Of a stretch of 64,000 nucleotides of DNA, positions 1-12,767 are shown one piece after another. The notes under the pieces are model-generated. The model was not told where the DNA came from. It made no database searches and saw nothing but the letters and a program-made list of their open reading frames with translations. The stretch lies in assembly GCA_973851085.1 (NCBI GenBank), contig OZ316775.1:15314001-15378000 (forward strand), read 5' to 3'. Both the position numbers and the translations under genes were made by a program. Origin of the DNA: Ptychomitrium polyphyllum. Lineage: Eukaryota. Numbering within the stretch: position 1 is the first letter of the stretch; every line of letters starts with the position of its first letter.

Positions 1-3000
1 CGGACGTTCGAAACGAGCAGGTGCGTGAGCGAGCCCCTGCGGGACATGTTTGTTGCAGGTTGTTGGGGCGACGGAGTGGAGGGGTTGGGTTGTGAGGAGG
101 GGGAGGCACAGCAGAGCCATGCCCGGGCGGGGATGGCGCCATGCGTGGTGTGCGATGGCGCGGTTTGGTATGTGATGTTGGGCGATGACGCATGTTGATG
201 GATGGATGGTTGCGCTGGGTGCTGAAGCCGTTTGATGCGTGGTTGGTTTGTGGCAGATGAAGCGGAAAGCGGATATGCACTGGGTGTCGGTGGGTGGATC
301 CGATGCAGGGCTGGGTAAGTGGGAGGAGAAGTCCGGTCTGTGAGGTGGTGTGCAGGGAGCGGTCGTGTCTTAGAGCGTGGGTGACGTCTGGGTGCAGGGC
401 GCTTGCAAGTGGGTAGCGGTTGTGGCGAGGCGGCGCAACGGTGTGGACTGACGTGTGGGCGGAAACTGGTGCAGATACGCCGGGCACGCCAGGGTCGCAA
501 GGTCCGCCGGGGCAACAGAACTCGAAGAAACAGAAGTCTCTGAGGCAGGGCGAGACGAACTCGGAGGCGGTCCAGGCCGGGCAACAGGCAGGGTCGGCAG
601 CGGGTGCAAGCAAACTGCTGAGGCAGAACAGCATGCGCGACCGCAATCGGAGGGTGCGGCCAGCAACGAAGGTGAGGAGCCGGTTCATGCAGCGTCCTGC
701 AGCGCTGGTGGTTCCAGGACGATGGGCGATGGGTCTGGTGGCGAGATGTGGCCTGGTGGGAGGAAGTGGGCGGTGGAGTGGGTATGTGAGATGGGGTGGC
801 GGGGGCACACGGAGATGAGAGGTCCCGTGGAGGGTGGCGTGGGAGCGGGGGGTTACGGGGCATGCGATGTGGACGCTGACCGGGGGCATGGTGGGCGGTT
901 GTTTTGCAGGTGCCCCCGAGCACGCCGACGGGAGGGGTGGGCATCCCTTGGTCGGCCGGCGAAGATCAAGTACGTAGAGGCATCCGAGCTGTGGTGGTTG
1001 CGTGGTTGGTCGAGAGGGGTGGCGGGTTTTGGTGGTGGGGTGAGAGGGGGTGGACGTGTGCGGGGGGAGGGCGCGCGCCATGGGTGCGGCGAGGGAGGGC
1101 GGGCATGTGCAGCGGAGAGGAGGTGGAGAAGGGCGATGGACTGACGTGGTTTTTGGTGGGTGGTGCAGGCTATTCTGGCGCTGGTCCACGATCTGGGCGC
1201 GAACTGGGACCTGGTGAGCGACGTGCTGAGCTCGAACTCCCAGATAAAGGTGCGGACTCGTCCCTTGTCGGTGGCAGGGGTGGGCGCAGTAGTTGGGGGT
1301 TTGCGGAGAGGCTGGGCGTGGGAGGCGGGTGGTGGGTGGGCGGAGGGAGGGATTGGGGCATTGTGGAGGTTCCGGTGTTTGTTGTGCTGTTGGGGTGGTT
1401 GAGTGAAGGGGGCGGTTGCATGGATGGTGTGTGTTGGGTCAGGGCATCTGCCGCAAGCCCCAGCAGTGCAAGGAGAGGCACAAGGCGCTGACGGAGAGAG
1501 CGGGGTCGGAGGGGCCGGAGAGCACGGAGGACCCGAGCTCGTCGCAGGCGCAGGCCTCGAAAGTAAGTGCCGGAGGTGGTGGTGGTGTGGAGGGTGTGTG
1601 TGGCGGCGGCGCACGGTGTGAGTGAGCGGGGTGAGGAGGTGGGCGCGCGGCGGAGTGGGCGGGGGTGTGGGATGGAGTGAGGCGTGGTTCTGATCGCGGG
1701 GGTTGCAATGGATTGTGGCAGGGCAACGTTCGGGGGCTGCGGGGCCAGAGTGCGGCAGAGGAGGATACGCTGAAGCACTTTGAGCAGATCGTCATGATTG
1801 TGCAAAAGTATGGTGCACGGAAAAATTTGGTGAAGACTCGGATCACCGGCCTTAGTGCTTGAGTTTGCAGGAAGCTTGCGTCGAGTTTGCCGTTGTGGTG
1901 GTGATTTGTGTGAGATGTGCATGGTCGTCGTTCCGATGGTCGTGGTCTGTGTGTGCGGTGGTGTCGGGGGTGCGTGTGAGAGCGGTCCGAGACTATGCTG
2001 CTGTCCCACACGGCGGCGAGCCATGTTGGCGCAGGGGCGGGCAGCGTGTCCCACGGTGTGCTGATTGTGGTGTGAATGTGATCCAGCAGAGCGAGTCGGA
2101 AGAGCAGAAAGTCTTGCAAGCTTCACATTCCTCCCACGGAATCATCATGTCCCAGTTCTGGACGGGTATCGGTGGAACGTCGAAGTAAGTGGAACCTCTG
2201 TCCGGTGACTGAGTGCAGTGGGTCGGGTGGCAGTGGAGGGGGAGTTAGGTCGTCTGTGGTTTTCCGTCGACGCATCCCTGGTGGGGAGTGAGAGCGAGGG
2301 GGGTTTGGCAGAGAGTTGCGGGAGGGTCTGACGAGCCGTGTGGCGCGTAGAGGCTGGAGTCGGGTATGGGGTGGTGCCTTGTGCGTTTGTGTTGACGTGG
2401 TATGAGCGGGTGACGGTGGGAAGGCGCGGGGGTCTGACGCTGGATGACGTTGTGTTGGGTTGCAGTCCCGTGGACCTGGCGGACCGGGTGACCGGCAGCG
2501 ACGATCCCGGCGGGCACCTGCACCCAGCACAGGCTCCGCAGGGAACCGTGTTGGGGCCGCCAGTGGTGGGAGCGATGCCCGGGCTGGGGATGAGGCCTCC
2601 GGGAGGCGGGCTGCCGCTGGCGATGCCGGGCCCAAACGGTCTGCCCGGTTTGGGGCAAGGTTCTCTGTCCCCCGCCGCCATGAGCGCGGCGGCTGCCAGG
2701 TAAGCGCATGCTTCGATGCCCATGTGACGTTCCGGGTGGCGGTTCGGGGGTAGTGTGTGGGGGTCGGGCGGAGGTGGATCCGTAGGCGGGCGCAGATGAG
2801 GTGTGACGAGTGTGGTGTCCACGCGGGGTGGAGTGCGAGTGAGGTGGTAGGCATAGGAAGGAGCGAGGTGTTCCGGGGTGGGTGGTGACAGCGGGCGAGG
2901 GGCGGTGTGGTGCAGGGACGCGCAGAGGTTGAACATGAGCAACATGAGCAGCTTCTCGAACGAAGAGCATGCGAGGCTGCACATGGCCACGAAGCAGCTG

Positions 3001-4428
3001 ACGGACTTCAACGCGCGGCGGGCGCAACAGCAGGCGGCCTCGGCGGCAGCAGGGGTGCCCGTGCTGGGGGGCCTGCCGAGTTCAAACGGGCTCCCCATGC
3101 TGTCGACGAGCACGAGCGGGGGGATGCTGGTTGGGCTGAACCGTGGATTGTCCCTTCCGAGGGCGGGCTTGGCAGGTATGGGCTCACCAGTAGTTTCAAG
3201 CATGGGTACAGCTGGTTTGAGTGGCAGGCTCCCCCCATCAGGAAACCTAGCGGCATCAAATGTGTCGAGAAGGATTGCTGGTCTGGTGAATATGGCACGG
3301 GTGAGGAACTTTCCACAACATGTGTTTGTCTTGCCCAGCGTGTGATTGCGGACATAGAGGAGGATGGCGCGCGCTGAGTAGAGGTGTTTGGGTAGTGGTG
3401 ATGCTTGTGACGGGGAGCGGGGATTGCGTTGTGGTGGTGGGGTTGAGGTGGTGGGGAGGGGGGGTCTGGTGACACCGTCGGTGTGCAAACCCGGGGTGGG
3501 ACCGGCGGTTTGGGCGTGGTGTGGGGTTGGCGAGGGACGCATGGTGGGTGCGATGTGGCGAGGCACGAGCGTTTGTTAGTGCAGGCGAAGTGAGTGGGAG
3601 TGGGGGGGGGGGGGAGCATAGGCCGAGTTCTGAGAAACCCGAGTTGATTTTGCAGAGCGCTGGTTGCAGCGAGGAGCAGCGGTTGCAGGCTCTGGGGCAG
3701 CTGCAGTCCATGGCCCAGCAGGGCGATGGTCACGCTGGAGCCGCGCTGGCGAACCTGACGGGTGGTGGCGGTGGTGATATGGGCAGCTCGGTGGACGGCT
3801 TGAACCAGGTGATTGCGGTGCGCCGCTGAGTCGGTAGGTGCAGGTGCATTTGACGCAGGCGTGGGAGGTATGTGTGGGAGTTGGAAGTGCCTGAGAGGTG
3901 GGGAGAGTGTGTGTCCGGGTCGAGAGTGGGGTGAGGCAGCACGAGTGGGTGCGCTTCTGAACGTTCCGAGTACTGTTGTGGCAGCCGTATGCACTACATC
4001 ATCAGCACCCGCTTCAGCAGCAGCAGCAGCAGCACGCTCAGGAGCAGCACCAACAGTTACATCAGCAACAGCTCCATCACATGAACAACAGCTCCAGCAA
4101 ACTGCAGGCACAAGTTCAGCAGCACAGTCACCAGGTTCAGATCTGCACCCTGTCTGTGGCTGGTGTGGAGTGCGGCACGTGAATGGTTTTCGCCGATTAG
4201 GTTGCATGTGCGTGAGTGGTGGGTTCCCTCGTGCAGAGCTCGGCCATGGTCCGCGGGGTGCGGTGGCGGCCGAGCGTCGTGCTGCCGGGCCCGCGCTGTG
4301 ATGGTGTAGACCGGGGTGTCGGGGGCCCTGGTTGTGCGACTGACCGCATGGATGGCGTTTCGTGTGGCACCAACAGATGCAGCTGGCGGGAGCGCCCCCG
4401 GCGTACGTCGCAGTACCCACTCGCATGA

Positions 4429-4459
<31 letters not shown>

Positions 4460-7038
4460 TCAGCATTATCAGCATCAGCAGCTGCAGAGGCAACAGCAGC
4501 TGCAGCAGCAGCAGCAGCAGCAGAAGCAGAAGCTCCTTGGAAATCTGGCACCCGGTCCTCAAGCTCAGCACATGCTGGTCCCCCCTCACCAAGCGGGAGC
4601 GGCGAGCCTTCCTGGTCAGCATCTGAAATCCCAGCCTCACATCCTTCCTCCACAGCAACACAATAGCCTCCAGAAGCAACTGATGCAGCAGGTGGGCAGT
4701 CCTTCCCAGGGGGCTCAGCTATCTGCGGCTTCGTCAAGCCTGCAGGCGACCCCAGGTTCTCCGGGCAAACCAGGGCAGCAATCAACGGCGGGCCAGCAGA
4801 ATGAGCGCGCAGGACAGATGGCGCAAACTCCCTCGGGAGCGAAGGCGGCGCAACCCAGCCCCAGCCAGATTCAGAAGCACCTAGAGCAGACGTCGCAGAT
4901 GCTCCTGCAGCAGCAGGCGATGAGGAACTCGAAAGGCGTGAGCAGAGGCGCTATGGTGATGCAGGGCCCTCCTGCGCAGGCGGCGCAAGCGGGCGGTGCA
5001 GGCGGCGGCGGGAACGGGCCGTCGCAGGCGGAGGCGGGCGGGCAGATGCAAGCAGGGCAAAGGGGTGCAGCGCAGGGTGGGAAGGCGGGAAGCGGATCTC
5101 AGGCAGGCAACGCGGGCGGCGCCCAATCCCAAGGCGGGCAGGTCCAGGGTGCGCAGCAGTCGCAGCCGGCGTCGTCCGGGGTGGGCGGGCAGAAGGGAGG
5201 CCAGCAGGCGAGCGCTCAGGTACGGTCGAGTTCAGTACGTAGCAGTGGTTGAGCGAAGTCGATTGTGGTGGCCAGGCGGGAGGGGTCTGTGCAGGGTGGG
5301 AGGTTTGTGTGACCGGTGCGCATCCTTACGAAGGCATGTGAGTCTGGTTTCAGGGAGGAGTGGGCAAGCAGCAGCAGGGAGGCACAGCACAGGCAGCCGG
5401 ACACGCGGGCGGGCAGCAGGCAGGTCCGTCGGCCACGCCGAGCCAGCAACCCGCGATGGCGGCGTCGTCGGGCAGTCCGAGCCTGCAGGGCCAAGTGCCG
5501 CAGCGGCGGGGAGGCGCACAGCCGCAAGCCCCTCGAAGGTCAGTGATGTGACTCTCCGGGATGTGGTACGAGGTAGCGTCGAGTATCGTGGAAGTGGGTC
5601 GGGCCTTGATGCCTTGGCACTGTCGATCATAGGGGCACGGATGGACCGGAAAGGTGAGAACCCATGGGCACGTGATGACCTGCGGCGATGGCACGAGGGA
5701 GGCGCAGCGAAAGACGGCGTTTCCGTGGCCCTCCAGTGTGCATGGATCCCGGGCGGGCGAAGAGGGGTGTGAGATGGTTCCGAGGGGACCGGGTAGAGAT
5801 CCAGCTGCAGCATCGGCAGCAGCCGGGCTGTAGTTCCGGGGCAGCGCACGTGTTGTAGGCCCACGGCCCTCTCCTTGGCGCGGGGGTGTGGTGTGGCAAG
5901 TGCGCGGCAGTAGGTTGTGGGATGTGGGTGTGGGTGGAGGTGCTGACGGGGCGTGCGTTGGACTTTGTCGGTGGGCAGGTTGCAAACGAAGCATCCCAGC
6001 AGCAGCATGGGCGCGCCCATCGCAGGTCAGCTGGCGAAGCTGGGCGCACAGCCGGCGGGAGGGGGGGCGGGCCCTCAGGCAGCGGCGGGTGGGCAGAGCC
6101 CGTATCAGTTCGCGGGGGCGATCCCGATGGGCATGGGCAACCCGAGCGCGCACGGCGTGCCCCTGTCAGCTGGTCTCAACTCGAGCACAGTGGAAGCACA
6201 GAGCGCACACTGGAAAGCCAACCAGACGGCGGCTCCTTTGGGCGGGGGGATGTACAACCTGACGCGCACGAGCAGCCCCGGGCCCGGGCAGGGTCCGGCG
6301 GCGGCGAGTGCGGGCGTGCACTCGAACGGGAACGTGGGCACGTCCTCGCTGTGCAGTCCGGGCGTCCAAGGTGCGGGCGCAGGGAGCGCGGGACAGGGAC
6401 TGGGCGGGTTGCAAGGGGGGCCGGGGTTGGCGAGCCAGAAAGCAGGAGGAGGGCCTGGGATGAGCGGGAGGGGGCTCCCGGAGTCACAGGCGGGCGTGGT
6501 GGGCGGTCAGCGCAGCCAGCCCAGCAGCTCAGTGGCCGTCCCTTCAGGGGCAGGCAACATGGCAAGCTACCAGGCGAGGCCCCCCGCGGCGCCTGCAGCG
6601 AGCGCAAGCCCGACGAGCTCAGGCGGGGTGGGCGTCCCACAGGGCGGGACGGGAGGCGGGCCTCACGAAGGAGGCTGTGCAGGCACGGCGGGTGCGACGG
6701 CGAGCGCCGGGCAGGTACGAGCAGACGCGGTTGGGTGAGGAAGGGCGGGGAGCGGTGGTAGGGGCCGTGCAGATGCGGTGTTCGAGTGTGAGGAGGTCGC
6801 ACCGGGAGGACCCGTGCACAGTGCATGGAGGCTGACATGGGGGCATTGTGTGGGTGTACAGCGGCGGCAGGCGCAGGGAGAGCATGCATCGCCGAGCGGC
6901 AGCCTGGCATCCTCCCCTCCAAGGGGTGCCATTCCAGGTGCAAGCGGCGGCGCGTCCTCCAACAGCACGGTCCCGCGAGCTGCAGCGGAGGAGGGTGCTC
7001 CCCCATCGGCGGAGCCGACGGCAGGACCTTCGTCATAG
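1..7038 (+). CDS. EAF1: Chromatin modification-related protein EAF1-like (NuA4 scaffold), multi-exon, 5' part outside window
   Basis: Spliced GT-AG exons (e.g. ~910-969, 1169-1249, 1444-1562, 1722-1829) give WSAGEDQ|AILALVHDLGANWDLVSDVLSSNSQIK|GICRKPQQCKERHKAL..., the SANT/Myb domain of plant EAF1, followed by EEDTLKHFEQI. A long Q/G/A-rich C-terminus follows (exons ~4377-5219, 5354-5538, 5979-6714); the last exon 6871-7038 ends in TAG. Confidence 0.85.
4434..4529 (+). repeat. CAG-rich coding microsatellite (polyQ) in EAF1
   Basis: (CAG)n runs encode QQQQQQQQHQHYQHQQLQRQQQLQQQQQQQKQ; a shorter run lies near 4015-4033. Confidence 0.85.
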
Positions 7039-8680
7039 GGCTGGTCGGAGGCTCGTCTGTTTGTTTATTTTTCATCTCACTCTCAAATTGAGTGTGCAGC
7101 ATGATTTTTAGACCACACGCGGAGGTGTGTGGTGACGAGGCCGGCGTGGGTCTCCCCCGAACAGAAGCCCGAGCCCTACAGATTTAGGATAGAGTTGTAG
7201 GACGCTGTAGAGGTGGGCTCGGGGCCGTGTTGCTCATTCCGAACGAGACGGAGTTGGACCAAAGCGGAGAACGAACCCTGCCATTCGTGAGCTCGCACGT
7301 TTCTGTACATTCTTCTGGCCGGAAGCTTAACCTGTAGCGCACATGCCAGCGTGGAGTGCGAGCTTAGCTCCTGCGGATCATCTCATGTAACAAAATCTCT
7401 TGTTTAATCATCAAAGCTTTCGATTTTTTCTCCACATTCGCAGTGTGCTCCAGGTGCCGTGAGATGTTTGCCATGGTGCGTTTCACGTTGTCTGGGTCGT
7501 GAGATGGATTGTGGAATGTTTGATTGACCAGTCGTTACTTCGCTGGTTAGGAGGTTGTGGATTAGATTATGTTTGATTTTGAGTTATCCACATCCAGCTG
7601 TTTTGTTTTTGAAGTACAGGGCTTTATCAGTTCCAGGTTGGGAAATATTGTGGGTTATACTGATTAGATTTGGTAGAATTCTTTTCAGTCGAAAATCTCA
7701 AACTTTGATAGGCAAAAGAGATTTCTGGATTTGTCGGCTTGGGCTCTTAATTGCTAGGTTATGTTGGGGATATGGGTGTGATGGTTACGTTGGCCTTTTG
7801 TAGTGGTTGAGTTTTGCGAGAAGCGAAGCTGATGACACGAGTACACAGTTAGTAGGACCAGTCTTGAGAAGAGGAGACACATACATTGCAATCAGGACTC
7901 AACAAGTAGTAGTTGTTTGAGCCAGCTGTCCACCTTAGCTTCTGAATCGAAACTTCACTGAAATGATTTATTTGTAGATATGATTATAAACAATTCGTAA
8001 CACGATAATAATTAGAGCTCAAATATCCGGCAGTGTTTCAGAGACTGTATGGGTTGTTAGAATATCCTCCTAGAGAGTATAAGAGACTGAAAACAAGACT
8101 AACCTCACGAACTGCGAAGTACTCCGTTTCTTCACCTTGCTAAGACCATAGTGCTCACTCTCTAGACCCGCTTTGTCAGTTACTAGACCAATCCACGGTC
8201 CTCCATGGCAATCTGCCACGGCTGTTCAGCTCGTAACTTCAAGTACATTCGAAAATTATAATATCCTGGTTGATGCGGCTTCCGTCGTCGCAACCATCTG
8301 CAGATAACGAAAATGGTTCATTGCAACGATCACATCTTCCTGCGTAGAAATCTTCAGGAAAACTTCCAAACACCTAAACACAAGCCATCTGCTATCGTAC
8401 CTGTGTGACACCGGAGCTCATGTCGAATTCAATCTCGAGCGTTTGACCGATCTCCATACACGACGGTTGATGCTAAGTATAACTTGACTTCGTGTTATGA
8501 AGCATTTCTCACGAGACACCAGACTTGGAAGTACGCGAACTGACTCCATTCTGTGCAGCCACTGTCTGAAACCGTCTGAAACCTAATTATACGACCGAGT
8601 GGCCAAAAATCCAAAGTCGTGATAACCATTTCTCTTCGCAAACCCTGACGCATGCCTTGGGTCTCTGGTCTGCATTCTCT

Positions 8681-9085
8681 TCAGGAACCCACATTCAAAA
8701 GATCCATCTTCTCCTCCAGCGAACACTCCACATGACACGAAGTTCGGCATCGCGCCGGAATCAGAACCAGGCCCAGGCCCCGCTGCTCGACGGGCGCCGC
8801 GCCAACGTCCCCCGAACCAGGCACGTTCCGAAACTCCACCGTGTCGTATAAAATTATGTTTCCCTGCTTATCTAGACAATGAAACTTCCCCACGAACACG
8901 CGGCCATCCTCCACTCCCACCTTCAACCTCCTGTAAAGCAGCCGCCGCGCCTTTTTCACGATGGGTTTCGCACTGTCCTGCACGCTCTTCTGCTCCGCAA
9001 ACGACCGCAGATCCTCCAGCTCCTGCACTGGGTCCCTGCAATCTTCCGGAATCATGCTCAAGCTTTCCGCCGCAAGGGCCTCCAT
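8681..9085 (-). CDS. NAA38: Sm-fold protein, NatC auxiliary subunit (NAA38/LSMD1/MAK31-like), single coding exon
   Basis: RRLLYRRLKVGVEDGRVFVGKFHCLDKQGNIILYDTVEFR...EQRGLGLVLIP carries the Sm1/Sm2 motifs typical of plant NAA38. Likely start is MEALAA at 9085; the ORF stays open to 9211. Confidence 0.85.
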   Translation of the reverse strand: MEALAAESLSMIPEDCRDPVQELEDLRSFAEQKSVQDSAKPIVKKARRLLYRRLKVGVEDGRVFVGKFHCLDKQGNIILYDTVEFRNVPGSGDVGAAPVEQRGLGLVLIPARCRTSCHVECSLEEKMDLLNVGS

Positions 9086-10288
9086 TGTCAGTCCCCTAAA
9101 TCGAGAAACCTGCACAACCACCAGCAACCGCGACCTTGTCTCCCAGAAAAACTGACCAACAAAAGCCAACCAAGATACTTCAAACCCTACGTTGGAGCTA
9201 TCCCTGGTCATCGGATGAATGATGACCTCGGTGTAGATACTTTAAACATTCGTCCGCACATTATTTGTTATACAAAGAGATGCTGTTACCTATACCGATT
9301 GCTCAGAATCAAGAGTCCTAGTTTCAATGCTGTCGTTATTGCTACGCGGTTTGCGCTCAGGCTTTGATAGTTGCAAGTTCCTTGCAACGCGTGGTGATCT
9401 ACTCCTTTGCACGTGAAAGTAACCATGAGGTGCCGTCATGAGTATAAAGTACTCTTATTCTTGGGTGTTTCTGCATTCACCATGTTGTGGAGTATTGGCC
9501 ATGGCCCATGAAGAGCAGCTCCCAAAGTATGTCCGAGGCAGATGTGTGTCCCCAGTTCAATGCCACTGAATGGCATCAGAGTCTACATGAAAGTTGCAGT
9601 TTGCACAACTCATGGGGATTGAGAAGATTGTTGCTGATTAACATTACTTTGAGCTTCGCACTCACATCTTTCATGGTGCAACTGAAATTGAGCTGTCCTC
9701 AGCTGGAGATGGCAGACACGACATGTGAACTGCCTTTATAGTAAACTCTGAGATCGGGACTTAGACCTGTCGATTGTCACCCGAGATATTTGTAGAGCAG
9801 CAAATTCGAATCTGAGGTGGGGATACTGCACTAACTGCTGATACTCTTAACACTTGATTTTAAGCCCTCGTCCAGAATTTTGCGAAGTGGTTTAGCATGG
9901 TAAAATCGTCACGGTGTTATCATTGGGTATTTCCTTTAGGGTTTTTGTTCCTGTCGATCGTTTGCAGGCAAGTCGTCCAACTGATCTAACATTACTAGTG
10001 GAAAGTGTGCTTCATTTTGTCGTTTTGATGTTCTTTCGTTGGTTTGTCTTTGAATCGTGGTCCGTGTCTCGTTTTGTCAGATCTGATGCTTCACTCTTGG
10101 TTCGAGAACTTGCATCGATCTCTCCAGCTCGTTGCAGGGGATCGCGCTCACCGTTTCGTCGGATACGCTCAAGAGGCACGAAGTTTTGGGTTTAGGGTTG
10201 AGTGACTCGAGTTTCTGTGGCAGGAGCGTGGCAGGGTCCATTCGTGACGATGTGTAGAATCTGACTCGCTCCGGAGACGACGGGCAAT

Positions 10289-12106
10289 ATGAGGGCGGTG
10301 GTGAGGGCATTGCTGGTGGTTCTGTGTTTGCATTATGCTGATGCGCTCGCGAGCTCGTCATCGATATTGGGAGTGTCAGCAGCCGGAGAGAATCTGCTGT
10401 CGTCTGCCACGAAGCAGGGCGCAGGGAAAATCATCGGAGCTGCTTTCAACACCACGATGGTGTACGACCGGTTGGCGTACATGACTGACACAATCGGCCC
10501 CCGTTTCAGTGGCACGCCCGAGCTGGAGTGGGCAATTGACTGGATCCAGGCAGCGGCCGAGGAGGAGGATGGTATCACAGTGAAGACAGAGCCGGTGATG
10601 GTTCCTCGATGGGTGAGGGGAAACGAGTATGCAAATCTCCTCGTTCCTCGTCGTAAGAGCATGCGCATCCTGGCTCTCGGAGGAAGCGTGGGAACTAACG
10701 GCACAGTGCTCCGCGGAAGCGTCATTGTGGTCTCCTCATTTGACGACCTAGAGAGGCAGAAGAACCAGATCGGAGGAAAGATCGTTGTGTACAACCAGGA
10801 TTTTGTAGATTACAGCGAAACTGTGGCGTACCGCGTCAATGGAGCGCCTCGTGCTGAAGTATACGGCGCCCTTGCAGCTCTCATAAGGTCCGTCACTCCT
10901 TACAGCATTCAAACCCCCCACACGGGCAGCACTCACTCGTCCAGCATACCGGCAGTGTCCATCACTGTAGAGGACGCGAAAATGTTCGCCCGCATGCAAG
11001 CTCGCGGCCAGAGCATGGAGATCGAGCTATATCTCGAGGCTCACACTCTCCCGGACGTGCAATCCCGGAACCTAATTCTCGAGATTGTGGGTTCCAAGCA
11101 CCCAGACGAGTTCGTCGTCCTGGGCGGACACACCGATAGCTGGGACATCGCTGATGGCGCCATGGACGATGGAGGTGGCGCGTTCGTTGCCTGGGAGGCT
11201 GTGCGATTGATCCAAACCCTCGGCCTTCGACCTGAGCGAACGATTCGGGCCGTGCTTTGGACGAACGAGGAGAACGGTGCGAGAGGCGGCCAAGCGTACG
11301 CCGACGACCACATCCACGAGCTCGACAAGCATAGCATCGCCTTGGAATCGGATGTTGGCACCTTCACTCCGAATGGTCTCTCCTTCGCAGGCTCCGAGGA
11401 AGCGAGGAAGATTGTCACAGCCATCGGAGAACAGTTGCTGTCCGGAATAGGATCCGGAAATGTGACCGGCGTGGGAGTGGGAGAGGATGCCTACTACTTG
11501 AATGAGCACGGTGTGCCGTCCGGAAGCTTGTATACGTTGGACTTCAGACAAGGGAACGACTCCAACAACCCTTGCGTCCCCTTCAACCATGCGCCATATA
11601 CGCAATTCTACGAGGAGAATTTCCTCGCCAGCGGCTACTTCTGGTATGAGTTTCCAAGTGATCCTTGAAACTCACGCCCTATTTTCTCTTTTGTTTGATG
11701 GTTTTCATGGCACGCCGTCCGCTTCATCAGGTTCTTGCAGAGTTAGAGGCACGAGACATCTCTTCCGTTAGCGCTCTCTTTGCACTGCCACATTATTGCT
11801 CCTCTCTAATTATGACCAGTTGCCTTTGTTACGACCAATCGAAGTTCCGAATTCTCGAACCCTTCTACTTTGACGATATCACTGCAACTGCTGATAGCAG
11901 TTTGATGATCCTGATCCTTGATTGTTTCTACTCGATGTTCAGTTGCAAGACATGTTAATGAGCTATTGATGTGCTTGCACAGGTACCACCACACGGCGGC
12001 GGACACCATCGACAAGCTCTCTCCGCAGCAACTGCAGCACTGCGCTGCCACACTTGGTGTGTTTGTGTACAGCATTGCCAATCTGCCATTCTTGCTTCCA
12101 CGGTGA
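10289..12106 (+). CDS. CPQ: Carboxypeptidase Q-like secreted M28 metallopeptidase with PA domain; 2 exons (10289-11643, 11983-12106)
   Basis: N-terminal signal peptide, D(T)IGPRFSG, VPRWVRG, PA domain (ALAALIRSV) and zinc-ligand motifs GGHTDSWD, GAMDDGGG, NEENG, LESD. The GT-AG intron 11644-11982 restores YFW|YHHTAADT. Confidence 0.9.
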
Positions 12107-12399
12107 GTTGGAGTCTCCTTTCTGCGCCACCAGAGATGGTTGTCTGCTACAACGCTCTGGTATGATACTTGTATAGGCACTCAGTTGCAAGCATTCATTA
12201 TTTTCAGTCACGAAAGACCTCTCACTTTGACATGTTGCTCTCCATCGTGTGTGGGTTCCAGCATGTTCTAGTGCAAATCTTCGGTTTTTAGTAAGTTATT
12301 TTTCTATGATTTCTATGTGAATGTTGTGGCACACTGGTTTCTATTTGGATGTTGTTCTGTCAACATGAGCTTCAAAAGTGTACAGAATTGGCTCTTATC

Positions 12400-12767
12400 G
12401 GCATTGGGGATGACTTAGGCAATGGGGATGACTTAGATGTCGTGGCAGGGTGTGATTAGTTTAGAAGAGTGAGGTCATATTATAATAATCTTACCTTAGG
12501 TGGTGTCCTTTGAAGCAGAAGATACCAAGCAATAGTTTTTAGCTGAAGATTATAATCTGTGTGAATAGTAAAGGTGATTTGAATATTACACTACCGTAAT
12601 AATCTGTGTGAATAGTAATGAGATCTGAGATTCACTACCGTATGCACTACCGTATGCCAGGCATTATACTAGGCAATGGGGATGACTTAGGCATTATACT
12701 AGGCAATGGGGATGATTTGACATTATGCTAGGCAATGGGGATGATTTGACATTATGCTAGACAATGG
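12400..12767. repeat. Minisatellite of 29-30 bp units (cattatactaggcaatggggatgacttagg) plus partial copies
   Basis: 'cattat' recurs at 12662, 12692, 12721 and 12750. Partial ggcaatggggatgacttag copies lie at ~12400-12437, and ataatctgtgtgaatagtaa is duplicated near 12552 and 12598. Confidence 0.8.

Noticed and set aside
370..7111. Many long overlapping ORFs on both strands
   Set aside because: By-product of very high GC content and low complexity; the spliced EAF1 model explains the region.
9498..9573. Possible C/D box snoRNA (GCCAT...ATGAAGA...CCGA...CTGA-ATGGC)
   Set aside because: The C box is imperfect, there is no clear C' box, the stem spacing is atypical and I could not match a guide to rRNA or snRNA. 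A snoscan/Infernal hit would be needed.
9183..10199. AAACCCTA / TAGGGTTT copies as telomeric sequence
   Set aside because: Single dispersed copies consistent with ordinary promoter telo-boxes, not an interstitial telomere array.
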